Source of the DNA: Cupriavidus necator | Lineage (GTDB): Bacteria; Pseudomonadota; Gammaproteobacteria; Burkholderiales; Burkholderiaceae | Assembly (NCBI RefSeq): GCF_016127575.1 | Contig: NZ_CP066018.1 | Location: 30,001-62,000, forward strand | DNA: 32,000 bases | Reading direction: 5' to 3' | Shown: in pieces, positions 1 to 9,780 of the stretch | Layout of the letters: each line of letters opens with the position of its first letter | Position numbering within the stretch: position 1 is the stretch's first letter | Notes under the pieces: generated by a model | What the model was told of the DNA's origin: nothing | What the model saw: only the letters and a program-made list of their open reading frames with translations | Database searches by the model: none | Made by a program: the position numbers and the translations under genes

Positions 1-136
1 CCTGAACAAGCAGATCGCCGACGACCTGGGCATTTCCATCAAGACCGTGGAGGCGCACCGCGCCAACATCATGGAAAAGCTCAACGTCAACACCGTCGCC
101 GACCTGCTGCGCCTGGCGCTGTCACGCAACAGCTGA
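1..136 (+). CDS. 3' end of a LuxR/FixJ-family response regulator (C-terminal HTH only; 5' part lies outside the window)
   Basis: The frame from nt 2 reads [44 protein letters not shown], then TGA at 134-136. This is the classic LuxR-type HTH signature (IS-K-TVE-HR-NIM-KL). Confidence 0.75.
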   Translation, partial: LNKQIADDLGISIKTVEAHRANIMEKLNVNTVADLLRLALSRNS

Positions 137-162
137 GCGGCTGGCGCCTGCCTCTGCCTGAC

Positions 163-187
163 CCGGTGCGGCCCGCGGCCGCACCGG
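163..187. terminator. GC-rich hairpin between convergent genes (possible bidirectional terminator)
   Basis: CCGGTGCGGCC-CGC-GGCCGCACCGG gives a perfect 11-bp stem. It sits between the LuxR stop (136) and the stop of the minus-strand membrane gene (235). There is no clear U-tract. Confidence 0.35.
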
Positions 188-234
188 CTGCCCTCTCCGC
201 GCCGTCCGGCGCCGCCCCTGCCCCCTCAGTCCCG

Positions 235-915
235 TCAGCGGTCCAGGTATTCCTCGTCCCGGAACGTGACCACCCATTGTGGCCGATAGACCACAAAAAT
301 CGCCACCAGCATGCCGGTCAGGAAGGCCTCGCCAAAGGCCAGGATGACGGCTGCCGTCAGGGTATCGGCAATGCTCCATGGCAGGCCCGGCGCCGTCAGG
401 TGGCGCCAGCCGGCCTCGGCCGCGCTGGCGCCCAGCGCGGCCAGCCCGGCCGTGAAATAGCCGTGCCCGAGGATAAAGACGAACGGATGCCGCGGCAGCA
501 GACGCCGCATCATCGCCTGCAACGCTGCGGAGATCAGCGCCGGCAGCAGCGCCAGCCAGACGTAGCGCACCCACAGCGAGGGCCAGTCGAACTGTGCCCA
601 GCCATGCCCGGCCAGGTATTCGAGCCCGAACAGCGACACCACGTCCACCACGAACAGCGACAGCAGCGCCAGCGGCAGCCCGAACAGCGTCACCATCAGC
701 GTGGCGCCGAGCAACTGGATCACCAGCCCGCCGACCAGGGTGGCGCGCAACGTCCACAGCAGCGCCACCAGCACCATCGCACCCAGCCAGGCGTTCTGCA
801 GCGCATTGCGCCGCAACAGCTGCCAGGGCCGGCGCGTCAGCGCCCACAGCAGTGCCGCCAGGGACAGCAACAACAGCAAGGGATGGGACAGCAGGGATGG
901 AAGCGCGGTGTGCAT
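235..915 (-). CDS. Integral membrane protein, about 6 predicted TM helices (possibly an ECF-transporter-like permease component; family not certain)
   Basis: 226-aa ORF with an ATG start (CAT at 913-915). It is very hydrophobic ([55 protein letters not shown]). It is divergent from folD. Confidence 0.7.
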   Translation of the reverse strand: MHTALPSLLSHPLLLLLSLAALLWALTRRPWQLLRRNALQNAWLGAMVLVALLWTLRATLVGGLVIQLLGATLMVTLFGLPLALLSLFVVDVVSLFGLEYLAGHGWAQFDWPSLWVRYVWLALLPALISAALQAMMRRLLPRHPFVFILGHGYFTAGLAALGASAAEAGWRHLTAPGLPWSIADTLTAAVILAFGEAFLTGMLVAIFVVYRPQWVVTFRDEEYLDR

Positions 916-970
916 TCGGCCGATGCTACCAGCGCTGCCCCCGCCCGGCCTTGCACCCGCTCAAGCTCCG

Positions 971-999
971 TGCGGCAAGCCCCACGCAACCTTTATAAT
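971..999 (+). promoter_or_regulatory. Possible sigma70 promoter for folD
   Basis: Perfect -10 TATAAT at 994-999. A weak -35 (TGCGGC, 971-976) lies 17 nt upstream. The element is about 75 nt upstream of the folD ATG. Confidence 0.3.
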
Positions 1000-1074
1000 T
1001 CCGCCTTTAGCCCAACCCGCGCTCCGGCGCGCGGCGGCACCTCCACCTCCCGGCCACAAACCCGCCCTGCCTCC

Positions 1075-1926
1075 ATGCCTGCCCAACTGATCGACGGCAA
1101 TGCCCTTGCCAAACAAATCCGCTCCGAAGCCGCCCTGCGCGCCGCCCGCCTGACCGAGCGTGGCCACCGGCCCGGCCTGGCCGTGATCCTGGTCGGCGAG
1201 GACCCGGCCAGCCAGGTCTACGTCCGCAACAAGGTCAAGGCCTGCCAGGACAACGGCTTTCATTCCTCGCTCGACCGCTACCCGGCCGACCTGTCGGAGG
1301 CGGAACTGCTGGCCCGTATCGAGGCCCTGAACCAGGACCCCAACATCCACGGCATCCTGGTGCAGCTGCCCCTGCCCAAGCATATCGACAGCCACAAGGT
1401 GCTTGAAGCCATCGCCCCCGAAAAGGATGTCGACGGCTTCCATGTGGCCAATGCCGGCGCGCTGATGACCGGCGCCCCGCTGTTCCGCCCGTGCACGCCC
1501 TACGGCTGCATGAAGATGCTGGAATCGGTCCAGTTCCCGCTGCGCGGCGCCCGCGCCGTGGTGGTGGGCGCCTCCAATATCGTCGGCAAGCCGATGGCGA
1601 TGCTGCTGCTGCAGGCCGGCGCCACCGTCACCATCTGCAACAGCAAGACGCGCGACATCGGCGCCCACACCCGCGACGCGGATGTGGTGGTGGCCGCGGT
1701 CGGCAAACGCAACCTGATCACCGCCGACATGGTCAAACCGGGCGCGGTGGTGATCGACGTGGGCATGAACCGCGACGACAACGGCAAGCTGTGCGGCGAC
1801 GTCGACTTTGCCGGCGTGCGTGAAGTCGCCGGCTACATCACGCCGGTGCCGGGCGGCGTCGGCCCGATGACCATCACCATGCTGCTGGTCAATACGCTGG
1901 AAGCCGCCGAGCGCGCCGCCGGCTGA
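1075..1926 (+). CDS. folD: Bifunctional methylenetetrahydrofolate dehydrogenase / methenyl-THF cyclohydrolase
   Basis: [18 protein letters not shown]...[20 protein letters not shown]...GILVQLPLP...DVDGFH...PCTPYG...[14 protein letters not shown]...[13 protein letters not shown] is collinear with E. coli FolD. The internal ATG at 1075 was chosen over the 586-aa track ORF, whose N-terminus is Arg/Gln/Pro junk. Confidence 0.95.
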   Translation: MPAQLIDGNALAKQIRSEAALRAARLTERGHRPGLAVILVGEDPASQVYVRNKVKACQDNGFHSSLDRYPADLSEAELLARIEALNQDPNIHGILVQLPLPKHIDSHKVLEAIAPEKDVDGFHVANAGALMTGAPLFRPCTPYGCMKMLESVQFPLRGARAVVVGASNIVGKPMAMLLLQAGATVTICNSKTRDIGAHTRDADVVVAAVGKRNLITADMVKPGAVVIDVGMNRDDNGKLCGDVDFAGVREVAGYITPVPGGVGPMTITMLLVNTLEAAERAAG

Positions 1927-2029
1927 GGCCGCGCGTACGATACGCCACCCGGGGCCCTGGAAAATCCGGCGCCCCGGCCCCATCTGCGGGATTATTGCCC
2001 GATCGAGGCCAGCCAACCGAGAACACGCC

Positions 2030-4114
2030 ATGGACCAAGCCGCCAACGCTACCAATCCTCTGCTGGACTTTTCCGACCTGCCCCGCTTTGCCGAGATCCG
2101 GCCCGAGCACATCAGCCCGGCGCTGGACGTGCTGCTGGAACGCGCGCAGCAGGCCGTCGCCCGCGCCGAAGATCCGGCCACGCCCGCCGACTGGAGCAAC
2201 GCCGTGCAGGCGCTGGAAGCGGCCACCGAGCCGCTGGGCCGCGCCTGGGGCGTGGTCAGCCACCTGAGCGCCGTGGCCGATACGCCCGAACTGCGCAAGG
2301 CTCACGCCGAGAACCTGCCGCGCATGACCGAGTTCTGGTCCTCGCTCGGCCAGAGCCTGGCGCTGTATGAGAAGTACAAGGCGCTGGCTGCCAGCCCGGA
2401 GTTCGCCGGCATGAGCGCGGCGCGCCACCAGCTGATCGAGAACGAACTGCGCGGCTTCCGCCTGGGCGGTGCCGAACTGCCTGAAGGCAAGAAGCCGCGC
2501 TTCGCCGAGATCCAGGAGCAGCAGGCCCAGCTGTCCAAGGCCTTTTCCGACCACGTGCTGGATGCCACCAACGCCTACGCGCTGCATGTCGAGGACGAGG
2601 GCCGCCTGTCCGGCCTGCCCGATGACGCCAGGGAAGCCGCCCGCCATGCCGCAGAGAAGGATGGCAAGGCCGGCTGGAAATTCACGCTGCACTTCCCGTC
2701 CTACTTCCCGGTGCTGCAGTACGCGGACGACCGCGCGCTGCGCCAGACCCTGTATGTAGCCAATGTAACGCGCGCCTCGGAACTGGGCCCGCAGCATGGT
2801 CAGGGCCAGGCCGACTGGGACAATACCGCCAATATGCGCGAGCAGCTGGCCCTGCGCCGCGAAGAGGCGCAGATGCTGGGCTACCAGTGCTACGGCGAAG
2901 TCTCGCTGGTGCCGAAGATGGCCGAATCGCCGGCCGAGGTGCTGAAGTTCCTCGACGAGCTCGCCGTCAAGGCGCGCCCCTACGCCGAGAAGGACTGGGC
3001 CGAAATGAAGGCCTTTGCCGCCGCAGAGCTGGGGCTGCCTGAGCTGGCGCCATGGGATGTCGCCTATGCCTCGGAGAAGCTGCGCCAGCAGCGCTATGCG
3101 TTCTCCGAGCAAGAGGTCAAGCAGTACTTCCCGGAAGCGAAGGTGCTCGAGGGCCTGTTCGGCGTGGTGCAGAAGCTGTTCTCGGTGCGCATCGAGCCCG
3201 AGCAGGCGCAGACCTGGCACAAGGACGCGCGCTTCTTCCGCGTCACCACCGCCGACGGCACGCTGCTGGCCCAGTTCTACATCGACCTGTACGCGCGCGA
3301 AGGCAAGCGCGGCGGCGCCTGGATGGACGACGCGCGCGGCCGCAAGGTGCTGGAGCAAGGCGGCGTGCAGACGCCGGTGGCCTACCTGACCTGCAACTTC
3401 TCCGCGCCGGTGGGCGACAAGCCCGCGCTGTTCACGCACGATGAAGTGATCACCCTGTTCCATGAGTTCGGCCACGGCCTGCACCACATGCTGACGCAGG
3501 TGGGCGAGCTCGGCGTGTCGGGCATCAACGGCGTGGAATGGGATGCGGTGGAGCTGCCGTCGCAGTTCATGGAGAACTTCTGCTGGGAGTACGAGGTGCT
3601 GACCGGCATGACGCAGCACATCGACACCGGCGAGCCGCTGCCACGCGCGCTGTTCGACCGCATGCTGGCCGCCAAGAACTTCCAGAACGGCATGATGACG
3701 CTGCGCCAGATCGTGTTTTCGTCGTTCGACATGCACCTGCACACCGACTTCGATCCGGCCGGCGCCACCTCGGTGCTGGACCTGTCGCGCCAGATCAACG
3801 ACCGCGTGCACGTGGTGCCACAGCATCCGCTGTCGCGCTGGCCGAACACCTTCAGCCATATCTTCGCCGGCGGCTATGCGGCGGGCTACTACAGCTACAA
3901 GTGGGCCGAGGTGCTGTCGGCCGACGTGTACGCGGCGTTCGAGGAAGCCGCTCAGCTGTCGGGCAGCGTGCTCGACAGCGAGACCGGCGCGCGCTACCAG
4001 CGCGAGATCCTGTCGGTGGGCGGCAGCCGTCCGGCAATGGACTCGTTTGTCGCGTTCCGCGGCCGCGCGCCGCAGATCGACGCGCTGCTGCGCCACGGCG
4101 GGATGGCAGCATGA
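2030..4114 (+). CDS. prlC: Oligopeptidase A (M3 family zinc metallopeptidase)
   Basis: 694 aa with the HEFGH zinc motif (LFHEFGHGLHHML) and an M3-family C-terminus (FSHIFAGGYAAGYYSYKWAEVLSAD). ATG at 2030. Confidence 0.95.
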   Translation: MDQAANATNPLLDFSDLPRFAEIRPEHISPALDVLLERAQQAVARAEDPATPADWSNAVQALEAATEPLGRAWGVVSHLSAVADTPELRKAHAENLPRMTEFWSSLGQSLALYEKYKALAASPEFAGMSAARHQLIENELRGFRLGGAELPEGKKPRFAEIQEQQAQLSKAFSDHVLDATNAYALHVEDEGRLSGLPDDAREAARHAAEKDGKAGWKFTLHFPSYFPVLQYADDRALRQTLYVANVTRASELGPQHGQGQADWDNTANMREQLALRREEAQMLGYQCYGEVSLVPKMAESPAEVLKFLDELAVKARPYAEKDWAEMKAFAAAELGLPELAPWDVAYASEKLRQQRYAFSEQEVKQYFPEAKVLEGLFGVVQKLFSVRIEPEQAQTWHKDARFFRVTTADGTLLAQFYIDLYAREGKRGGAWMDDARGRKVLEQGGVQTPVAYLTCNFSAPVGDKPALFTHDEVITLFHEFGHGLHHMLTQVGELGVSGINGVEWDAVELPSQFMENFCWEYEVLTGMTQHIDTGEPLPRALFDRMLAAKNFQNGMMTLRQIVFSSFDMHLHTDFDPAGATSVLDLSRQINDRVHVVPQHPLSRWPNTFSHIFAGGYAAGYYSYKWAEVLSADVYAAFEEAAQLSGSVLDSETGARYQREILSVGGSRPAMDSFVAFRGRAPQIDALLRHGGMAA

Positions 4115-4941
4115 GCGCGGCCGCCCTGCCCGCCAGCGGCCCGCTTCGCATTGCCAGCTGGAACGTCAACTCGCTCAAGGTGCGCCTGCCGCAGGTGCTG
4201 CAATGGCTGGCCGAGCAGGACCAGACCGGCGCGCCGATCGACGCGCTGTGCCTGCAGGAACTGAAGCTGCCGGACGACAAGTACCCGCTGGCCGAACTGG
4301 AGAACGCGGGCTTCCACAGCATCTACACCGGGCAGAAGACGTACAACGGCGTGGCCATCCTCGCACGCGACGCCAGCATGCCCGGCCCCGCCGACGTGGT
4401 GCGCAACATCCCCGGCTTCGAGGACGCGCAGCAGCGCGTGATCGCTGCCACTTATGGCGACCTGCGGCTGGTCTGCGCCTACTTCCCCAACGGGCAGGCG
4501 CCGGACTCGGACAAGTTCGTCTACAAGCTCAAGTGGCTGGACGCGATGACGGCGTGGCTGCGCGAAGAAATGAAGCGCTACCCGAAGCTGGCGCTGCTGG
4601 GCGACTTCAATATCGCGCCGGAAGACCGCGACGTGCACGACCCCAAGAAATGGGAAGGCCAGAACCTGGTCTCGCCGCAGGAGCGCGCCGCCTTTGCCGC
4701 ACTGGTGGAGCTCGGCCTGGCGGATGCGTTCCGCCAGTTCGAGCAGCCGGAGAAGGCCTTCTCGTGGTGGGACTACCGCATGATGGCGTTCCGCCGCAAT
4801 GCGGGCCTGCGCATCGACCACATCCTGCTGTCGCCGGCATTGACCAGCGGCTGCAGCGCCTGCGTGATCGACCGCGTGCCGCGCACGTGGGAGCAGCCGT
4901 CGGACCACACGCCGGTGGTCGCCACGCTCAGTTGCAACTGA
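4111..4941 (+). CDS. xthA: Exodeoxyribonuclease III (AP endonuclease, EEP fold)
   Basis: MSAAALPASGPLRIASWNVNSLKVRL...CLQELK...YNGVAIL...NGQ...LLGDFNIAPEDRD...FSWWDYR...GLRIDHILLS...SDHTPV is collinear with E. coli XthA. Its ATG (4111) overlaps the prlC TGA (4112-4114) as ATGA. Confidence 0.93.
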   Translation: MSAAALPASGPLRIASWNVNSLKVRLPQVLQWLAEQDQTGAPIDALCLQELKLPDDKYPLAELENAGFHSIYTGQKTYNGVAILARDASMPGPADVVRNIPGFEDAQQRVIAATYGDLRLVCAYFPNGQAPDSDKFVYKLKWLDAMTAWLREEMKRYPKLALLGDFNIAPEDRDVHDPKKWEGQNLVSPQERAAFAALVELGLADAFRQFEQPEKAFSWWDYRMMAFRRNAGLRIDHILLSPALTSGCSACVIDRVPRTWEQPSDHTPVVATLSCN

Positions 4942-5027
4942 ACGCGCCGCTGGCGCCGCGCGCGGGTTCAGGCAAGTCCGCACAAGCCCCGCTCGCCGCG
5001 CGGCGCCGCGCCCGCTACACTGCGGGC

Positions 5028-5546
5028 ATGAGCCACACCCGCCAGGCCATGTTCCGCCACCGCAACCTTCCTCACCTGCTGCTGCAAGCGCGCGAGACAT
5101 TGCTGGCCGGCTTTCGCCCGATCCTGCGGCAGTTCGGCATCACCGAGCAGCAATGGCGCGTGATGCGCACGCTCAACGAGCGCGAGCCGATGGAGCCGAA
5201 CCAGCTGGCCGACGCCTGCCTGATCCTGAGCCCCAGCCTGACCCGCATGCTGTGCGGCATGGAAGACGCCGGGCTGGTCGAACGGACCCGCTCTGCCACC
5301 GACCAGCGCCGCCAGCTGGTCAGCCTGACGCCGTCGGCGCGCGCCATCATCGTGCAAATGGAGCCGCTGGTCGATGCGCGCTACCAGGAGCTGGCGCAGC
5401 GGCTCGGCCCGGAGCGCCTGACCGAGGTCTACCGCGCGCTCGACGCCATGCTGGCCGGCCTGGCGCCGCAGCCGAACCTGCCCGAATCCACCCCGCCCGA
5501 ATCCGTTGCCTCGCCACCGCCTGGGCGCGGCGGCGAGGCCGGCTGA
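5028..5546 (+). CDS. MarR-family transcriptional regulator (HpaR-like)
   Basis: 172 aa. LLQARETLLAGFRPILRQFGITEQQWRVMRTLNE...LADACLILSPSLTRMLCGMEDAGLVERTRSATDQRRQLVSLTPSA is a typical MarR winged helix. The C-terminal tail is Pro-rich. Confidence 0.85.
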   Translation: MSHTRQAMFRHRNLPHLLLQARETLLAGFRPILRQFGITEQQWRVMRTLNEREPMEPNQLADACLILSPSLTRMLCGMEDAGLVERTRSATDQRRQLVSLTPSARAIIVQMEPLVDARYQELAQRLGPERLTEVYRALDAMLAGLAPQPNLPESTPPESVASPPPGRGGEAG

Positions 5547-5565
5547 GCCTGCCCCTTCATTGCCG

Positions 5566-7356
5566 ATGCCCGCGTCCCATCCCGGATCACTCCTGCCGCG
5601 CCTGTTCCCATGGAGCCAGCGCGTCGACAAGACCACGCTGCGCGCCGACCTGGTGGCCGGCCTGCTCGGCGCCGTGCTGGTGCTGCCGCAGGGCGTGGCC
5701 TTCGCCACGCTGGCGGGCCTGCCGCCGCAATATGGCATCTACAGCGCGGTGGTGCCGTGCATCGTGGCGGCGCTGTTCGGTTCGAGCTGGCACGTGATGT
5801 CGGGGCCGACCAACGCCAATTCGCTGGCATTGTTCGCGATGCTGAGCCCGCTTGCGTTTGCCGGCAGCCCAGCCTATATCGCGCTGGCGCTGGCGGTCAC
5901 CATCGTGGTGGGCGTGATGCAGCTCGCCGTGGGCACGTTGCGGCTGGGCACGCTGGCCAACTTTATTTCGCCGTCGGTGCTGCTCGGTTTCACCTGCGGC
6001 GCCGCGACGCTGATCGGCCTGTATGCGCTCAAGGACCTGTTCGGGCTGGCGGTGCCGACCGGCACCAGTGCATTCGGCGTGCTGCGCCACCTGTTCGAGA
6101 ACATCGACGCCATCAACTGGGGCGCGGCCGCCGTAGGCGCGGTCACGCTGGTGGTGACGCTGCTGTGCAAGCGGCTGTGGCCGCGGCTGCCGTTCATGCT
6201 GCTGGGGCTGCTGGCCGGCTACGGCGTGGCGCTGCTGCTGAACCAGTCCGGCGCGGGCGGCGCCCACCATGTCAACGTGGTCGGGCCGATCCCGTCGGCG
6301 CTGCCGCGCTTCCACCTTCCCGATGTGGACTGGCGCAAGCTGCCAGACCTGCTGGGCATCGCCTCGGCGCTGACCATCGTCGCGCTGGGCCAGTCGATCT
6401 CGATCGCCAAGGCGGTGGCGCTGCGCTCGGGCCAGCATATCGACGCCAACCGCGAGTTCATCGGCCAGGGCCTGTCCAATATCGCGGGCGGCTTCTTCTC
6501 GGGCTATATCTCGTGCGGCTCGCTCAACCGCTCGGTACCCAATTTCGAAGCCGGCGCGCGCACGCCGCTGGCCAGCGTGTTCTCGGCGCTGTGGCTGGTG
6601 GCGCTGGTGGCTGTCAGCGCCCCGCTGCTGGCACAGATCCCGATGGCGGCGATCGCCGCGATGTTGCTGCTGGTGGCGTGGGGCCTGCTCGACACCGCGC
6701 GGCTGCGCCGCATCTTCACGCTCAGCCGCACGGAATTTGCCATCGCCATCGGCACCTTCGCCGCCACGCTGGTGATCCGGCTGGAGATGGCGGTGCTGCT
6801 CGGCACCGTGCTGTCGCTGGTGGCGTACCTGTACCGCACCTCGCGGCCGGCCGTGCGCAGCCTGGTGCCCGATGCCGACGATCCCGGCCGGCGCTTCACG
6901 CCGCTGGACGAGCTGCGCCGCCCGCAGCCGGAATGCCCGCAACTGAAGCTGCTGCGCATGGAAGGCGCGATCTACTTCGGCGCGGTGCAGTACGTGACGG
7001 ATCGCCTGCACTGGCTGCGCACGGTCAACGCCGGCCAGACGCACCTGCTGGCGATGACCAAGAGCATGAACTTCATCGACCTGGCCGGTGCCGAGATGTG
7101 GGAAAACGAGCTCGCCGAACGGCGCGCGCTGGGCGGCGATCTGTACTTCCACCGCCCGCGCACGCAGGTCTTGCAGACCTGGGCGCAGACCGGCTTTACC
7201 GACAAGCTCGGAGCCGACCATATCTTCCCGACGAAGCGGCAGGCGCTGCACACGATCGTCGGCCAGCTCTCGCCGGAAATCTGCGCGCAATGCACCGTGC
7301 GGATCTTTGAAGAATGCGCATCACGACCAGGCGCCGCGACCCCGGCAGCACAATGA
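5566..7356 (+). CDS. SulP-family anion (sulfate/bicarbonate-type) transporter with C-terminal STAS domain
   Basis: Polytopic membrane N-terminal part (LRADLVAGLLGAVLVLPQGVAFATLAGLPPQYGIYS; NREFIGQGLSNIAGGFFSGY). STAS-like C-terminus (KLLRMEGAIYFGAVQYV...MNFIDLAGAEMW). The ATG at 5566 was chosen; there is no obvious SD. Confidence 0.88.
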   Translation: MPASHPGSLLPRLFPWSQRVDKTTLRADLVAGLLGAVLVLPQGVAFATLAGLPPQYGIYSAVVPCIVAALFGSSWHVMSGPTNANSLALFAMLSPLAFAGSPAYIALALAVTIVVGVMQLAVGTLRLGTLANFISPSVLLGFTCGAATLIGLYALKDLFGLAVPTGTSAFGVLRHLFENIDAINWGAAAVGAVTLVVTLLCKRLWPRLPFMLLGLLAGYGVALLLNQSGAGGAHHVNVVGPIPSALPRFHLPDVDWRKLPDLLGIASALTIVALGQSISIAKAVALRSGQHIDANREFIGQGLSNIAGGFFSGYISCGSLNRSVPNFEAGARTPLASVFSALWLVALVAVSAPLLAQIPMAAIAAMLLLVAWGLLDTARLRRIFTLSRTEFAIAIGTFAATLVIRLEMAVLLGTVLSLVAYLYRTSRPAVRSLVPDADDPGRRFTPLDELRRPQPECPQLKLLRMEGAIYFGAVQYVTDRLHWLRTVNAGQTHLLAMTKSMNFIDLAGAEMWENELAERRALGGDLYFHRPRTQVLQTWAQTGFTDKLGADHIFPTKRQALHTIVGQLSPEICAQCTVRIFEECASRPGAATPAAQ

Positions 7357-7577
7357 ACTGAAGCGCCGGCGCGTCGGCATGAGCGGCGGCCGCGCGCCAG
7401 CGTTCAGCAACAGTACGGCTGCAGGAAAAACCTGGAAACTGAAACGGGAAAAGCGGGGATCTGCCTGTGCCGGCGTTGCCGGCTTGGCACGCAAGGCCGG
7501 ACGGCCCTACGTCTGGGAACCTGATAACAGATAGGCGCCCGCGGCATGCCGGGGCCTGGCCGGGGCATCCATCCGCA

Positions 7578-7841
7578 TCAGATCGGCGCCACGTGGGCGC
7601 GCTTGACGACGATTGGCTGGGGCGCGCCCTGCTCGATCAGCACCACGGCGGCGCGTTCGATGGTTTCGCGGCCGGCACGGAATGCCTCTTCCAGCGACAG
7701 TACCTGGTCGGCACTGAAGCCTTCCCACAGTGCTTCGCGTGTCACCACGCAAGTCACCTTCTCGCCATTGACAAGTGCCTGGAACAACAAGCCTTCATTA
7801 TTGATGTCGTAGCGCTCTTGCTCTTGGAATTTGATTTCCAT
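7578..7841 (-). CDS. Small cytoplasmic protein, DUF1488-like (function unknown)
   Basis: MEIKFQEQERYDINNEGLLFQALVNGEKVTCVVTREALWEGF...AFRAGRETIERAA (87 aa). GGAGG lies 9 nt upstream of the ATG (CAT at 7839-7841). The family call is from memory of the DUF1488 pattern. Confidence 0.6.
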   Translation of the reverse strand: MEIKFQEQERYDINNEGLLFQALVNGEKVTCVVTREALWEGFSADQVLSLEEAFRAGRETIERAAVVLIEQGAPQPIVVKRAHVAPI

Positions 7842-8025
7842 CGGTGCAGCCCTCCATATGCAAGTGGAGAAACATCCTAACATGGCTCCGGCAAAATCGT
7901 ATGGATAGAGCCCATGCGAATGCGCTCATTGCGAAGACCATCACGGCCGCCTTCGAGTTCCATCCGCGCGTATGTGTGGCTCCCGGTCACAATGACGGGG
8001 TTGTTCCGGCAAGTGCGTCAAACAT

Positions 8026-8053
8026 TTGACAGCGCCGAAAATCATGCTAGAAT
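8026..8053 (+). promoter_or_regulatory. sigma70-type promoter of tRNA-Lys copy 1
   Basis: TTGACA (8026-8031), a 16-nt spacer, then TAGAAT (8048-8053). The tRNA 5' end is 14 nt downstream. Confidence 0.55.
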
Positions 8054-8066
8054 CTCGTTCTTCGTT

Positions 8067-8142
8067 GGGGCGTTAGCTCAGTTGGTAGAGCAGCGGACTC
8101 TTAATCCGTAGGTCGAGTGTTCGAGTCACTCACGCCCCACCA
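8067..8142 (+). tRNA. tRNA-Lys (anticodon CUU), copy 1
   Basis: 76 nt: GGGGCGT acceptor stem pairing with ACGCCCC, then ACCA. D-loop AGCTCAGTTGGTAGAGC. Anticodon arm GCGGA-CTCTTAA-TCCGT (C-U-CUU-A-A). T-arm GTTCGAGTC. Closely resembles E. coli tRNA-Lys. Confidence 0.93.
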
Positions 8143-8155
8143 CCGAATACAGAAA

Positions 8156-8188
8156 GGCCGGAAGCAGCAATGCTTCCGGCCTTTTGCT
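8156..8188 (+). terminator. Rho-independent terminator of tRNA-Lys copy 1
   Basis: GGCCGGAAGCA-GCAA-TGCTTCCGGCC (11-bp stem, GNRA-type loop) followed by TTTTGCTTT. Confidence 0.8.
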
Positions 8189-8258
8189 TTGTGCGCTTGC
8201 CTGATTGGCTAATCCGCCGCGGCGCAGGCACGTGCCCACGCCACAGCGGCCCCGTGCA

Positions 8259-9647
8259 TCAGGCGCCCTGGCTGGCGCGCTCGAACAGCGTACGTGCCAG
8301 CGCGCGATGGCACAGCAGCACGTTGGGCAGGTCGACCGTCAGCAGTGCACCGTCGCGCACCACTTCCCTGCCGTTGATCACGCTCGCCGCGACATTGGCC
8401 GGCGTGCAGAACACCAGCGCCGCCACCGGGTCATGGCCGGCGCCGGCAAAGCCGACCTGCGACATGTCGAAGGCGACAAAATCCGCCGACATGCCCGGCG
8501 CCAGCGCACCGATATCGTCGCGGTTGAGCACGCGCGCGCCACCCAGCGTGGCAATCTCCAGCGCCTCGCGCGCGCTCATGGCGGCCGGCCCGTAGCCAAC
8601 GCGCTGCAGCAGCATGGCCTGGCGCGCCTCGCCCAGCATATGCGCGCCGTCGTTCGACGCGCTGCCGTCCACGCCCAGGCCCACCGGCACGCCGGCATCG
8701 CGCATGGCGCGCACCGGTGCAATGCCGGATGCCAGCCGCATGTTCGAGCACGGGCAATGCGCCACGCCGGTCCCGGTGCGGGCAAACAGTGCGATGCCCT
8801 CGTCGTCCAGCTTGACGCAGTGCGCATGCCACACATCGTGTCCGACCCAGCCCAGGTCCTCGGCATACTGGGCCGGCGTCAGGCCGAATTTCTCACGCGA
8901 GTAGGCAATGTCGTTGTCGTTCTCGGCCAGGTGCGTGTGCAGCGACACGCCATAGTGCCGCGCCATATTGGCCGACTCGCGCATCAGGTCGCGTGACACC
9001 GAAAACGGCGAGCACGGCGCCAGCACCACGCGCAGCATCGCGTGGCGCGCACTGTCGTGGTACTGCTCCACCAGCCGCTGGCTGTCGCGCAGGATGGCGG
9101 CCTCCTCTTCCACCACCACGTCCGGCGGCAGGCCGCCCTTGCTGCGGCCCACGCTCATCGAGCCGCGCGCGGCGTGGAAGCGCATGCCCATCTCCTGCGC
9201 CGCGGCAATCGAGTCATCCAGGCGCGACCCGTTCGGGAACAAGTAGAGGTGGTCGCTGGTGGTGGTGCAGCCCGACAGCATCAGCTCGGCCATCGCGGTC
9301 TTGGTCGACACCGCGATCATTTCCGGCGTCAGGTGCGACCACAGCATGTACAGGTTGGTCAGCCACGAGAACAGCTCGGCGTCCTGCGCGGCTGGCACCG
9401 CGCGCGTCAGGCTCTGGTACATGTGGTGGTGGGTGTTGACCAGACCGGGCGTGACCACGCGACCGCGCATGTCGAGCACCTGCGCGCTGCCGTCGTCGAC
9501 CATGCGCCGGTACTGCGGCGGCAGTTCCGAGGTCGGGCCGACCCACTGCACGGCGGGGCCTTCGGCAACCAGGGCGCCATCGCGGATCTCGCGGCGCTGC
9601 GCATCCATGGTGACCAGCACGTCGGCGTTCAGGGCAATCAGGGTCAT
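8259..9647 (-). CDS. Amidohydrolase-superfamily deaminase, 8-oxoguanine deaminase-like
   Basis: 462 aa with metal ligand motifs VNTHHHMYQ, HTHLAEN, HCPCSN and GLGVDGSASND. It is collinear, from memory, with Pseudomonas PA0142-type 8-oxoguanine deaminase. ATG at 9647. Confidence 0.82.
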   Translation of the reverse strand: MTLIALNADVLVTMDAQRREIRDGALVAEGPAVQWVGPTSELPPQYRRMVDDGSAQVLDMRGRVVTPGLVNTHHHMYQSLTRAVPAAQDAELFSWLTNLYMLWSHLTPEMIAVSTKTAMAELMLSGCTTTSDHLYLFPNGSRLDDSIAAAQEMGMRFHAARGSMSVGRSKGGLPPDVVVEEEAAILRDSQRLVEQYHDSARHAMLRVVLAPCSPFSVSRDLMRESANMARHYGVSLHTHLAENDNDIAYSREKFGLTPAQYAEDLGWVGHDVWHAHCVKLDDEGIALFARTGTGVAHCPCSNMRLASGIAPVRAMRDAGVPVGLGVDGSASNDGAHMLGEARQAMLLQRVGYGPAAMSAREALEIATLGGARVLNRDDIGALAPGMSADFVAFDMSQVGFAGAGHDPVAALVFCTPANVAASVINGREVVRDGALLTVDLPNVLLCHRALARTLFERASQGA

Positions 9648-9743
9648 GGCGGAATTCCTTCTGCAAAACGAATTGGGGGACTGGATGGCAGCCAGTCTAC
9701 GGCGGCGAAGTGCAATCCCCCAAGCGCAGAATTCCGATCATCC

Positions 9744-9762
9744 TGTCCACAAAAAGTGGACA
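9744..9762. promoter_or_regulatory. Perfect inverted repeat TGTCCAC-N5-GTGGACA between the LysR gene and the deaminase gene (candidate operator)
   Basis: Seen directly: 7-bp arms, A5 spacer. It lies 19 nt downstream of the LysR stop and about 100 nt upstream of the deaminase ATG. Confidence 0.3.
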
Positions 9763-9780
9763 CCTGCGACACCCTGTTGC

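Noticed and set aside
166-1074. N-terminal 303 codons of the 586-aa track ORF that ends as folD
   Set aside because: The upstream part is Gln/Arg/Pro/His low complexity and runs antisense through the real membrane-protein gene (235-915). FolD homology starts exactly at the ATG at 1075.
1889-4096. 735-aa minus-strand ORF antisense to prlC, and the 567-aa ORF 5587-7290 antisense to the SulP gene
   Set aside because: These are shadow frames of clearly identified sense genes (HEFGH peptidase; polytopic SulP). There are no initiation signals and the composition is junk-like.
5011-5030. Possible leaderless transcript for the MarR gene (TACACT 7 nt upstream of the ATG, no SD)
   Set aside because: There is no credible -35 element, and the -10 match alone in GC-rich DNA is weak evidence. 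It is left unreported as a feature.
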